Part shown: positions 49,003 to 64,000 of the stretch, in pieces
Layout: each line of letters opens with the position of its first letter
Numbering within the stretch: position 1 is the first letter of the stretch
Assembly (NCBI RefSeq): GCF_009914755.1
Contig: NC_060934.1
From: the human T2T-CHM13v2.0 reference genome, Homo sapiens
Direction: 5' to 3' (one strand)
DNA: 64,000 nt
Translations under genes and position numbers: made by a program
Notes under the pieces: generated by a model
What the model saw: the letters and a program-made list of their open reading frames with translations, nothing else
Told to the model about the DNA's origin: nothing
Database searches by the model: none

Positions 49003-49672
49003 CTAGGATATCAAAAAAAGTTTGGGTGAATATGGGACTGGAGGAAGTAAACACACGCAAAGTGGAGATTTCCTGGCTCAGGGGCAGACGAGGGAAAGGG
49101 CCATTTCCTTGGAATGGATGGAGCCCACCTGTCTACTTTGTTCCTTAACAGATGCGTCTGTCATTGAAGGATACTCTGTTATGTGAAGAAGGTGACATGG
49201 GGAGTGCCGGGGGCTGGGGGCCTGGCTCTGCTCTTAATCAGCCGCACAGCCGAGGTCCTTTCCCTTTATAAATAAGGAATGAATGCCCTGCTTGCGCTCT
49301 CTCTCTCTCTTTTTTTTCCTTCTAAGAATTTAGGCATTCCATGCCGGGATGCTCACTCACCACAACTGAAAATCTGTGAGATGTCACACCTAATAAAAGG
49401 ACCTTCTGGGCAGAGAAACTGTTATCGATGGTCCGAGCCAGAGGAGCTGTGGAGACTATGGAAAGTGACTCCTCTCATTTTAACAACAAATCACAGCAAA
49501 GAGTTGGCCCAGCTTTACCCAGGACCTTCCCCAGCTCCGGGGAGCACAGGCTGGAAGGTGTCACCCTGAGGTCCTGCTCACCCAAGATGACAGCTGGGTG
49601 CCAGGCAGGGTTTTAGGACTCATGTTGTTGGACAGGGTAGCACAGTGGAAGCTGAAACAGTCTCAGGACTGA

Positions 49673-50053
<381 letters not shown>

Positions 50054-50870
50054 TAGGATGATTCTGAGTTAATTAGAGCCCCCAGAAGCTAGGATTTTAT
50101 AGTGAGCATATCAAGCAGCTTTTCCCTAATTGCCAAGTTTCTAAATAACCTAATACAACCCCATAGTGGGTGTCTGGAAAACTTGAAACTGGCATCACGG
50201 TTTTGAAATATTTGTGGGACGTGAGTTATTTCAAGATGAGCAAAAAGATGAAAGGCAAAAGAGATACATTTTGAAATTTCTTTTCAAGCTTCTGGGTATA
50301 TGATTTCTTAAAACTTTAAAGGTGGGATAAAATCCTTGTATTAAACCCCTGCCTCTGGGAAGCAGCTGTGTGCACTGCAACGGTTTCAGAGAACAGAACA
50401 AGAGGAAACCCAATGCCACTGCAACAGCAGATTGACCAGAGAAGGGCTGTCATCACACCATAAAACATGGCATCAGTGAGACCACAAGGCCACCAGACAG
50501 GGAGCCTGGTGCAGCTGGGCCAGGTTTCCTGGATTCGTGCTCTTTTCCAAATTAGTAGCAGAGCCATTGCTTATGCTTTGAGGTTCTAAGTGCCAAACAC
50601 CTCTACTCCTTTGGCACTTTGAAAATCACAAGCCCTGCTTCTGATCTTTACCAAACTGAAATAAAGAGCACAGTTTTGAAGTTTTCTTGGAAGGCAGAAA
50701 GCATATATATCAGAGGCAGCCTTTCTGTTAAGTTCTAGGGCTGACAAAGAAATGGACCACAGGTTGAAGCAAGTTAACTGGATGAAGTTTTCTGTATTTG
50801 AAATTGTCTCCCCGCAGTGTGCAATCTTCCTGACCAAGTCCTCCACAACCTCCATTCCCACCAGGAATTA

Positions 50871-51257
<387 letters not shown>

Positions 51258-51265
51258 CTACTCAC

Positions 51266-51323
51266 CTTCACTGCATAATAGTGAACCCCGTAGGTTGGGA
51301 GAGACTCCACGATGCTCATGTAG
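51266..51323 (-). CDS. FRMD4A: FRMD4A coding exon (58 nt, probably exon 11)
   Basis: Acceptor TTCCAG|C and donor AAG|GTGAG. Translates (N)YMSIVESLPTYGVHYYAVK, containing the FERM LPxYG motif. Confidence 0.96.
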
Positions 51324-51583
51324 CTGGAATGACAACACGAAGATACACAAACACACACACAATGCGCAAAAGGCTAGTTATTCAGCAGATCTGGTATCAT
51401 ATATATATTTGTGTATGTGTACGTGATAAAGTTCTCGGAGTGATTATTTACTTGAAAATTAAATGGAAACATACACCCCCCACTCCCAGATATGTCTTTG
51501 GAGAGGAACTGAACAATCCTGACATACGATATATTAACACACACAAACACTGTCCCCATGTGAGCTGGGAAGGGGCCACTTAC

Positions 51584-51649
51584 TTTACGATTGCTTGACC
51601 TCTTGTCTGACCGTTCAGTTTCTTGTAGTGCTCAATGACTCTGTCTTCA
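51584..51649 (-). CDS. FRMD4A: FRMD4A coding exon (66 nt, probably exon 10)
   Basis: Acceptor TTACAG|T and donor AA|GTAAGT. Translates (C)EDRVIEHYKKLNGQTRGQAIV(N). Confidence 0.96.
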
Positions 51650-51778
51650 CTGTAATTAGAAGAAAAGAATGCTGTTGTTGGAGTCTCTAGGTCAACAGCC
51701 AAGCTTCCTGCCAGTAAGATATTTCTCAGCCCCATCTCATAAGAAGCTCCAAGGCACCAACAGCTCCTGGAAAAATGA

Positions 51779-52665
<887 letters not shown>

Positions 52666-52930
52666 TTATCCTCATCTTCCCAGTCCTGTTCACACAGGGC
52701 CTCATGGGGGAATGGCAGGCATTGACCTTAACCAAGTGCCCACAGCCTACCTGCTCTGAATGCGTAGTCAGGAATGGAAGGCTTTCCAGGAGGATGGAAT
52801 GTTCTGGAATTTGGGCTTGGTTAATATGAACCATGAAGCAACAAAAGCCCCATAGGAATGCTTGGAGAACAACAGCAAACCAGCTACCAGAATTAGACAG
52901 GCGCTCCCTCCTTTTTTGAAATCTTAGGTG

Positions 52931-53234
<304 letters not shown>

Positions 53235-53556
53235 TAGTTCTAATATAACAAGAGGTTAGCTGGCTCCTTGGCAGCAGTGGCAAGCCCGCCTCCTGAGAAG
53301 TGACTCTGGTGCCCATGAGGTAGGAGATACGGCCGCTCCCACCCCCGCTTTCGGAAGGGCAGAGCCAACCTGGGGAATCCCAGGGAAGCAGGTGCAGGCA
53401 GAAAGCCCCAACCCCACCTGCTGAGGTGGGGAGTCGACACCTCGGTCTCCCTGGTCTGGCCCCAGAGCCTTGGAACCTCAGTTCTCACTCTCAGGTCTTA
53501 CTCCTCTTCACCCTCCCTGTCCTCTGTCAAAGCTCTGTGAGGGGAGCTGATTCTAG

Positions 53557-53888
<332 letters not shown>

Positions 53889-56024
53889 CTATTATCTATT
53901 ATCCATCAGCCCAGGATCTACCTAAAGCCTTCTTTTACCCACCTTTTTGTTTTCAGTTTTAGCAAGGCCAGTGTTGGGGGTAACAGGTTCTACACATTCA
54001 TCACCTAGTCCTTGGGGGTAATTTATTTCTCTTCCAATGACTACCTTAACCTCCAACTAGTATCTTTTAATTTTAATACTCTGGAATTTGATGCATAGAG
54101 GACAGTGAGAGGTCTTGATAAAGAAGGGTCTTTATAAATACCCAGAATGAGGACCAGCCAGCTACAGGGGGCCTTGCCTCAGTTGGAGAGTCACTTCTGT
54201 GGGGTCTGGATATCCTCTATTCAGAAAGGGGCAGACCCAGCCATCTCTCTCCTTGGCTCCCACATGCCGAGGAAGTTCTATATCAAGTGTGACAAGGTCG
54301 TCTCCTGAAGACGATTCTCGAAAAGCATGCTCCCCAAGGGCAGGCCCAGCCTCACTAATCCTGCAGAACTGCGTCAGGAGGTTCAGCGGCTCCACTTCCT
54401 TCCATCCCACTCACTAAATCAACAGCTGCCTTGGCGTGTTTCCTACCACGTGATATGGGGTTTTGTGAAGTCGACTCCTAGATCCAGGGTCAAGCAACTC
54501 AGTGTAGATAGGGACCTTTTTCCTTTGCAGCACTAGGGAGAGAGGGTCCCTGGGGTGAGTTCAGGAGGTGCAAGTCAACATAGCACTGTAGCCATGAACA
54601 CACAGAAGGCTCAGGAGAAACACCAGTGAAAGAAAGTCAAAACCACTGTCAGAAAGCCGCGTCGCTGTTTAACCACGACATGTCCTGACCACAGGGTTCT
54701 GGGTGGCCGACAGCTGCAGAAATCTTTGCCGCCCCCTGTTTGCCCTGTAACTCCTGCTCTCTGAGGCCATCTGTGAAGCCACAATAATTGCCTTCTCCAT
54801 CCTCAGCTTTTCCTGCTTGTTTTGCCCCCTTAAACATGGTGGGCTTATCCTGGAAGAACAGGCTCAATCCTGACCGAGAACCTATTCTGCTCCCAGCCTG
54901 TCCCCACCTCTGCTCTGGAACTTGCCAGAGGGCTGAAGTGCTCTGAGCTTTGCAGACAATTTTCCCATACCCTAGATTTGTAGCAGGGACTCAAGGGGAT
55001 AACTAGCAGAAATCCAGGAAGCAGAGTAAGTGCTGCCTGGAGGACACAGGGTTACATGGAGGAAAAAGGCAAATGATCAAAGCTGCCTGTGCCCAGGTCG
55101 CTGGCTGGGTCATGTTGTTAAGTCAAATGACCTCTCAGCAGACAAGGGGATACATGAAATGCATGGGTGATGGAAGGGGAAACAGGGATGGTGATATGAT
55201 ATGGTTCCCCGTCTTGGAGCAGCTGCTGGCCTGCTGTGCTCAGTGGTTTCGGGGTTAAAAATAGATGTCCCTGCATACCTTATTGAGGCGATAGGGGTGG
55301 TCAGGTGGTCCAGCATTTACAAACTAGGCCCGCGAGGCAGAATCCAGGTCAGGGTCCTGATCCCTCCTTGTTCTGTGGCCCTGGGCACATCATTCTAACT
55401 TTCTGCCTCAGTTGCCTCCTCAACAGGGAAATCGCACGGTGTGAAAAGTCCATGCTTGTTAAATGCATGGGGAGAATTAGCAGAAAGGCTTCTTGCACCA
55501 TAACTCAGCATTATTATGCTGCTTTCACTGCTTTTTAATGACATAATGTGACTATGTATTTCCTCTCTTAATTACCGTCTCAAGTAGGTTGGTGTACGTC
55601 ATCCCATTTTGCAGAGGAGAAATTGATGAAAGCTACCTGGCTAGTCACTGCAGAGGCTTGGCTGGGATGCTAAGACCCACTGCCTTGGTTACCAGGCTGC
55701 AGCCTGCAGGTTGCCCATCCAATGTGCGAACTCCAGCGGGGGCAGGAAAGCCCCCGAAGAATGGTGAGTACAGCTCCTTAGTTCAGGAATGATCAGGGGA
55801 ACTTGACACTCTGGGTAACTGTGATGAGACGGGTAAAAACGTCTCCCCCACCAGTGAGGGGTCCTGGTTAACCTTGCTGAGTGGTGAATCTGAGGCCCAG
55901 AGGGAAAAGCAGTGAACAAGCTGTGTGCACCTGCTCTCTCTTCATTCTGTATCTGTAGGAAGGAGGAACAGCACTTATCCCTCTCCTTGCGGCTTTGCTT
56001 TTTAAAAATCTATGTATATATAGG

Positions 56025-56280
56025 GATATGAAAATAGTTAGCTAGAAGGAATATGTTCTAGCATTTGATAGAACAGTAGGGAAATTATAGTTAACAATAA
56101 TTTGTTGCATATGTCAAAGTAGCCAAAAGTGAAGACTTGTAATGTTCCCAACACAAAGAAAAGATAAATGTTCGAGGTGATGGATATCCCAGTTACCCTG
56201 ATTTGACCACTGCACATTATGTACAGATATCAGAGTATATATACGTGAAAAATATGTACAACTATTATGTATCAATAAGA
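56025..56280 (+). mobile_element. Old L1 (L1MA-type) 3' UTR fragment
   Basis: ATAGTTAACAATAAT...GGTGATGGATATCCCAGTTACCCTGATTTGA...TGTACAACTATTATGTATCAAT. Confidence 0.8.
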
Positions 56281-57271
56281 ATCAAAGTCCATATAAATAA
56301 GGTTGAAATATTAGAGCCAACATCAAGTAGCCAACCACAGTGAAATGAGGTGAAAGGGCCTGTTGTGGTTGTGGTTGTTGTTTTTCAGTAGGGTATCGTC
56401 AGGAGGGTCCCTGTCATTGACTTTTATACATCGTCTGGGCTGTGATGCTGACTGTGATACACGTGGCTCCCCCGTCCTGCCACACTCTCAGGGCATTTAA
56501 CACTGGCTTGGGCACTTATGGGTCTGAAGGAGGCTCAGGGAAAGCGCTGGCCTGGTCGTGATGGTATGGGATGTTCTGCCAAGCCAGCTATAGGTGAAGA
56601 TGTTCATATGCAGAAGAGACAGAGAGAGTGTGTGTGAAGGGCGAGGTGCCTCTGGGTTAGTAATCATGTGTGAGTACAGAGCAGATAATGGAGATGGTGA
56701 AGGAGAAATCCAGAGACACAGGGAGGAGAGAAGAAATTCAAAACTCTCAGATGAGCATAGCAATGTTCTAAGGTTTGGAAAGGAATGAATGAAGGGATGA
56801 CTAAGAGACCCACAACAGGACAGGTCTCAGAGGCAAAGAGATTCCTCCCTGGTCCTCTCTAGTTACCTTCTCACATCCCCAGGGCCTTGACCATTGGATT
56901 TTTGGAAGTGAACAGCCAGGAGGCTACAGAGGGATGAGGCCCAGTGGCACAAGGAATTAGGGAGGTGGGTAATAGGGTCCATGAACAAGGAAACGGGACC
57001 ATCATTTTTGGGGGTTCGGATTGCAAGTCTCGACATTTGGAAGCTGATGCATGCAAAATCCCTGCAAGTTAACAGATTTTGCTCTTTGGGGGCAGGTTAT
57101 AATTAGAGAAAGCCATCATTTATTTACATCTATGTTTCCAAAAGAGGAGTGGCAATAAAACAGCTCAGAGAGATGAAATTAGGGACGCCAGACACGGAAG
57201 GGAGCTCCCAGCCTCGGGTCTTGGGGCCAGCTCCCTAGTGATGTGGTCTCTCAGAGAGATGTGATTTATGA

Positions 57272-57559
<288 letters not shown>

Positions 57560-58324
57560 TGAGCCAGAGTTCAATGCTGCTAATGAGCCCTGCATCAAGA
57601 CATGCCCTACCCCAGACACACGAATCAGTGAACAACTAGGTCACTGTCTGGATAAGTGTCCAGACAAGACAAAATGCTCATAATCCATACAGTTCAGAAG
57701 TTGTCATCAAAAGCACTTACACAAGTCACGTATTGTAGTTTATTAGAATCAACTTGGTCTGTGCTTTTTGTTTTGCTTTTAAATAAAAGGAGTTGCAATG
57801 ATTTCTGTTAGGGGATCAGAAGGAACATCAGAGAAGAGGTATTACAGTTATTAAAGGTCAGTGGCCAGGGCTTAGGAACCCAGTAGGATTTCAAAACATT
57901 ATCCAGGAATGCAAGCCCTGCCCAACTGTGGCCCAAACCACAACCTGGGAGTCTTTCAAATGGCTTGAATCATTCAGAATCAGCCATTTAGGGCCGACAG
58001 ATGAGCTATGGCATAATGTTACATAGTGGCTAAATCAGGAGATGTGAAACATCGAGGGAAAATAAAACAATCAATCTCCCTCTTCTGAAAGAAGAAAACC
58101 CTGTGGTTCTCCCACGTCTCAAAACCTCACACATGCTGTCATCAAATGACAGGTGTTCCAAAATGAAACTCTAGCAGCACATGAAAGGCTCTCGAAGGCG
58201 GTGAAGCTTCCAAAGTGAAATTTTAGAAGGTATTCTTTTTGAAAATTAAAAAAAAAAAAAGAAGAAGAAACAAAAAAGGAGAGGTCTCAGGCACAGTGCT
58301 TCACTTAAGTAAATGTAGAAAACG

Positions 58325-58636
58325 GGCCAGGCGTGGTAGCTCACCCCTGTAATCCCAGCACTTTGGGAGGCCGAGGCAAGCGGATCACCTGAGTGAGGTC
58401 AGGAGTTTGAGACCAGCCTGGCCAACATGGTGAAACCCGGTCTCTACTAAAAATACAAAAATTAGCCAGGTGTGGTGGTGCGTGCCTGTAATCCCAGCTA
58501 CTCAGGAGGCTGAGGCAGGAGAATCGCTTGAGGCAGAAGTTGCAATGAGCTGAGATCATGCCACTGCACTCCAGCCTGGGTGACAAAGTGAGATCCGTCT
58601 CAAAAAAAAAAAAAATTAATTAATTATTTTAAAAAT
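58325..58636 (+). mobile_element. Alu with an (AAAT)n tail
   Basis: Approximate TSD TAAATGYAGAAAA. Confidence 0.92.
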
Positions 58637-58812
58637 AAATAAATAAATAAATAAATGCAGAAAATGGTTTCAGGAAGACACAGGGTACTTAATACAGCTG
58701 CAAGTCCAGGCTGGCACGTGGGAGCTGGTGGAGGGAGGGTACATTCAGTTGTCCTGTGTCCCCTCGCACCCCGAGAGGGACTCGCTCCTGGGGAAGACTC
58801 CAGGGGTCTTAC

Positions 58813-58896
58813 CAGTAGGCCAGGGAAGGGTGCTCCTTCAGGGCTTGGGTGGGAAGGGCTGGCAGCTTCTTCAAGTCACTCCTCACAACTTCATTG
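58813..58896 (-). CDS. FRMD4A: FRMD4A coding exon (84 nt, probably exon 9), FERM central lobe
   Basis: Acceptor TTCTCTCTTTCAG|C and donor TG|GTAAG. Translates (S)NEVVRSDLKKLPALPTQALKEHPSLAY(C), recognised as FRMD4A. Phase matches the next exon. Confidence 0.96.
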
Positions 58897-59429
58897 CTGA
58901 AAGAGAGAATGCCCAGAAACGCACTCACCCTCTGAGAAAATAATCGCACTCTCTGATACCACTTGGGCCGCTGTCTTGTCTGAGAGACCCCACATCTGCT
59001 TCCCTGTTAATAAAAAGCAGTGGGGGGAAGGGGCGCTCTCTTTTTATTTCCGAAATACAGATGTAAACGAAGGCAGAACACACCAAGCCCAGTAACCGCC
59101 TTTCACCGTGCAGAAAGCAGGGCAAAACACCTTCAGATGGCCAGGGGTGTCTTCCCAAACCCTGCTCTCACTGAAGGGCACAGAGTGAACGCCCCTGAGC
59201 AGCCCTCAGCAGGAATTTGGGGAGAAGAAGTGTCCCCAGGGGTCCCCCAGGGCAGGATCTTAGAAGAAGCTCCCCAGAACCCCGCCGTTAGGCTCACAGA
59301 GCTCCGAGAATGGGCAATGGCGCCACTGTCTCCCTAAGAGCGTTTGCGCTGCTAATACACAAAGCTGGTTTTCATGGCTTACGTTGACCACATGCTGGAA
59401 ACTGTTTTCTGAAATATGACAAATAAATA

Positions 59430-59670
59430 CTGATGGAGTCTCCTTTATCGGAAATGCTTGGGAGCAAAAGTGTTTCAGATTCCAGATTTTTTTCAGATGT
59501 TTGACTGTTTGCATTTATATACTTACTGGTTGAGCCCCACAAAACCTGAGCATCTGAAATCCAAAGTGCTCAAATGAGCATTTCCTTTGAGCGTCATGTC
59601 AACACTCAAAAAGTTTCTGAGTTTGGAGCATGTTGGATTTCGGATTTTCAGATTAGGGAGACTCAACCTG
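59430..59670 (+). mobile_element. Tigger4a (MER46A/Zombi-type) non-autonomous DNA transposon, copy 1
   Basis: Resembles the recalled consensus (AAATGCTTGGGA...GAGCATTTCCTTTGAGCGTCATG...CTCAACCTG), with a terminal CTCAACCTG followed by TA. Confidence 0.8.
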
Positions 59671-59732
59671 TAACTTTTGCTTTTGAGGAGGCTCAGAAAC
59701 TACTTAGAAAGTGTGAACTGCGTTGTCTGGGC

Positions 59733-59965
59733 CAGGCTGAGCATCCCATATCCCAAAATCCCAAATCAGAAATGTGCCAGAATCTAAAACTTTTTGAGTG
59801 CCAACATGACGCTCAAAGGAAATGCTTATTGGAGCACTTTGGATGTTGGATTTTCAGATTTGAGGATGCTCAACCAGTTGGTATATAACACAAATATTCC
59901 AAAGCCTGAAAGAAATCTGAAACACTTCTGCTCCCAAGCATTTGGGATGAGGGAGACTCAACCTG
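59733..59965 (-). mobile_element. Tigger4a copy 2, inverted relative to copy 1
   Basis: Its reverse complement aligns along the full length of copy 1. Ends CAGGCTGAG...CTCAACCTG-TA. Confidence 0.8.
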
Positions 59966-60782
59966 TACCATTAGGCAGTTTTATGCATCCGGTCCTGAAA
60001 CCAGAAATTCTTTTCCCTGTAGACTCACACATGCTTAGGTTTGGAAGATGCTTTAAACTCCCCTAGCTTAACCAGCCTTCTTCAGGTGACTGACTCCTCC
60101 TTACACACTCAGCAGGTCTGCATCCCCTCTGGGCCGGACCATCTGTGGCGTCTGCACCCACTTACTACCTCCAGAGCAACAAACGGCAGCCACTTTGGGA
60201 CAGTTTTGATACTGAAAGAGCGTTTCCCTATCCTGGTCCACCAAAGAGCCTTGGAAGCCTTAGCCGGGGTTGCAAAGGCACATGTAGGAGCATTCTGCCT
60301 TTGATTCGCAGTTCTGACCTGGGCTATGTTAGCAGCTTCGAGGTTGCTTATATTAACCAAGGCAAATACTGGCCACCAGGACACTGGGCAGTGCCATCTA
60401 AAAAGGAATGAAACAGGTATAACTGTTTCATTTTTAGCAATGTTTTTCATTGCTAAAAAGCAATGAAACAAGGTATAACTCTGAAGGAAGGAAGGAATAC
60501 CGCAGCCATAGAGGGGAGTTCCTCAGGTGCTTGGATGGTGGACACTCCAGCACCTATGCTGCTAACTGGAGGATGCATTGTTCCCTGTGTCCCCGGCGAG
60601 AAATACAGCCAAGGGCAATGCAATGATCAGCGTCACCATTGGATGCCCAGTGCCACTGGGCAAAACCACACCAATACACTAATACATTACGTCTGTGTGT
60701 GGTGATAAAGAAAGACATGGAGGTTTGGTGACATTAGAGCACTCCCAGAAAAAGCATTTTTCTGTTGCCCTAAGAAAGAATG

Positions 60783-61030
60783 AGGCCAGGCGTGGTGGCT
60801 CATGCCTATAATCCCAGCATCTGGGGAGGCCGAAGTGGGAGGATCACTTCAGTCCAGGAGCTCAAGATCAGCTTGGGCAACATAGTGGGATCCTGTCTCT
60901 ACAAAAAATACAAAAATTAGCCATGCACAGTGATGCATGCCTGTAGTCCTAGTTACCCAGGATGAGGTTGCAGTAAGCTGTAATTGCAACACCACACTCC
61001 AGCCTGGGTGACAGAGGGAGACCCTATCAA
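60783..61030 (+). mobile_element. Alu (J-like, right arm partly deleted)
   Basis: Alu arms followed by a purine microsatellite. Confidence 0.88.
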
Positions 61031-61144
61031 GAAAGAAAAGAAAAGAAAAGGGAAAGAGAAAGAAAGAGACAGAGAAAAAGAAAGAGAGAGAGAGAAGGAG
61101 AGAGAGAAAGAGAGGGAAAGGAAAGGAAGGAAGGAAGGAAGGAA

Positions 61145-61198
<54 letters not shown>

Positions 61199-61201
61199 AA
61201 T

Positions 61202-61234
<33 letters not shown>

Positions 61235-61250
61235 AAAGAGAGAAGGAAAG
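61029..61250. repeat. Compound (GA)n/(GGAA)n/(GAAA)n purine tract expanded from an Alu tail
   Basis: Direct read; begins at the 3' end of Alu 60783-61030. Confidence 0.93.
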
Positions 61251-62797
61251 ACAATGACCATGACCAGTGGTGTTGGTGAATCCTGACCATGACCAACTAG
61301 AGGGAAAAGCTCAAAGTGTAACTGTTTGAATCAATCCATCCAAGTACTTGAACTGTTAGAATCTAAATGGTAAGGCCAGGACAGATCAACTGATAATCAA
61401 TAAGCTGAAGGTGTTTATGAAGCCCCTGCCATTACATGGAAAGAATTGTAGAGGATATAAAAAATGATGAGATATGGTCCTTAACCAGAAGGTGCCCACG
61501 ATTTAGCTGAGAAGGTGAGAGGAGCTCCTACAAAGCTCACTGACCACAGGGGTGATGTGTGATCATGTCAATCCAAACAGCAGACACGAAAGCTCAGAGG
61601 AAATAAAGGCACCCTTGGGCTCTGATGTAAGACTGGCTTTGGGGGAGGCCGTGCACGAAGAAAAGGATAGGAATATCACTCTTCTCCTGAGGGGAACACG
61701 GACAGACATGGAAGCCACATGAACTGAAGAAATCCATCAGAGTAAGAGGAATGTCAGGGGCAATACACTGAAAAGGGCAGGTCAGGCAGAGAATTGTGAA
61801 ACTTTAATGCCAGGCTAAGAGGGTTCAGCCTCTCCTGGGTTTGATCCAGGAGGCAGACAGCAGGACAGCACCTGGTGATTTTCAAACGGGTAAACTCCTA
61901 GTGTTCAGGAAAACTCAATTCCAATCCCAAGTACAGTCGGTAATTTTTAAGCACATGCTATAAAGGCATAGTTTCAGCAAGTATTCAATTCACCAAACAC
62001 TCGAGGGCCCACACTGATGAATTTCCGGATCTTCTCTCCCTGCGTCATGGTAAGTTCCCTGAGAAAAGGGATTTGATTTATTGGTCCATCAGCACACAGA
62101 GGGCTGGCTTCAATGTGAAAGGCACTTTTCTCAGATCAACTTTATTGGATGAAACCATGAGAAAGGCAATTAGTGGCTCCCTGAAGGAGCTGAAACTTGA
62201 GTTTGGGTTTCACTCACACCCATCACATCTAAAGTATATTTGGGGAAGGAAGGAACTCCAGGAGGAAGGGATCGTTTTACCCACCAAACCCTTGCTTGTT
62301 GGCAAACAAGTTGCCCTGATGACAGCCACAGGTTTGATTTCCTCACTGAAGCCTGCAGTGGGTTCTCTAGCTCTGCTCCAGGGCAAGGTTACACACAAAA
62401 AAATCTAACAAGAAATCACCAAGGCGTGAAACCTGTCCAAATCCATTATATTCTGGAAGGGATCCATGGCCCTTCATCCTTCCCCGAGGACAAATCTATA
62501 GAAATGTTCTGTTTGCTTTTCTGCTGTTTATAAACATCTGCAATAACTTAGGGGTGTCTAGCCCTGTCAATCTGGCCAAACTCTGTGGCTGAAAATCAGA
62601 AAGCTCCCCTAATGGGAAACTTGGTCACTCTACCCCCAGAGCTTGCAAGGCTGTGGCCTAACGAATGTTCTAGAAGTTCACAGCTTCCTCCCTCAATGTC
62701 TTCCACTTCGACATTTTCCCCAGAGTTCATGACATATGATAAATGCCAACTTATAAAACACCTTAAGACAGTTCACTGTGGCTGCATTCCATTTTTA

Positions 62798-63133
<336 letters not shown>

Positions 63134-64000
63134 TGCAAAAAGTTCTCTTGAAAAGCCAGTTGCTAAACTGAGAATAACATCCAAGTCTTCTTATCTTTAA
63201 TATGAATCAGTTTTTATTAAAAACTCTCCGGCAGTTATTAACGTTGCCAGGATAAAAGTGGTATCAATGCTGTATTGGTCTTCGATTTAGTGGTGTTTTT
63301 TTCTTTGAGATGATGTGCCTGTCTTCTGCAGCCTATACTCCTCACGAAACAAGGAAAGTTAGAATGATCTACTGGGGAAAAACAAAGATTTCTAGCAATA
63401 TATCAAATAGAGAATTTGCCACAGTGAACAGCAGATTTAACCAAGATGCCACAAAGTGAAGGGAGCAAAAATTAAACCTGAGAGGGAAGGATGAGGAAAA
63501 TCCACAATGTGTTTGCTTTTCTTTAAAAAACCTGGAAATAACTTTTTCAAGAAAGTCCCCCTGGGTCAAATGAGATGTATGTAATTTGTGGGAGAAACTT
63601 GGGACGAACAGAATAGGCTTAGCGTGAAAGAATTCTTGCTAAAACCAGTCGTTTCTGTCTGCACTGGTACAAAAACAGCAGAGCACAAAACCCAGAATGT
63701 GATACTATCGTAACAGAAAGGAACAGCCTGCAATTCAGAAACAGTAATATAATGCTAGCATTGGCCTCACTCCTCCATATTTTATGAGCAGAATCATGAA
63801 GGTCAAGTTCTCAGGGGCGGGATATTTCATAAGTAGAGTGTTGCAGGTCCTTCATCCATTATCACAATTCCAAAATTCAAAAAGCTAGAGTCTAAGAAAC
63901 ATTTCTTAACCCATCTGGCGGCAAACTTCATCTTTTTGCATGAGGCAATGATGGACCTTTCTATTTGCGCCCACTTGCTGCGCATATCCATGTTTTGGGC

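Noticed and set aside
60953-61296. K/E/R-rich and F/L/S-rich ORFs
   Set aside because: They are translations of the purine microsatellite.

Overview
Human (primate) genomic DNA, almost entirely intronic and Alu-dense (about 45 Alus, plus MIR, L2, old L1 and DNA-transposon fragments). It lies inside FRMD4A, which is transcribed on the - strand. Seven coding exons (58813-58896, 51584-51649, 51266-51323, 48916-49002, 18083-18159, 12387-12525, 4955-5096; 653 nt in total) have canonical AG/GT boundaries. They splice into one open frame covering the C-terminal half of the FERM domain and the linker that follows it (probably exons 9-15 of the canonical transcript; numbering is from memory). There is also a 3'-truncated 5S rRNA retropseudogene, a 23-copy 21-bp minisatellite, a 300-bp TA-rich tract and several microsatellites. 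Nearly all entries in the ORF track are spurious (Alu, low-complexity or antisense). I found no evidence of a wholly new biological system. The best leads are: a frame-preserving 36-nt cassette exon that can also read through to a stop, giving a FERM-only protein; a candidate internal promoter that would give a FERM-less isoform; a minisatellite with higher-order structure and helically phased RORE-like sites; an inverted Tigger4a pair; inverted Alus bracketing two small exons; and a template-switch palindrome scar. Repeat boundaries are read by eye and are approximate.
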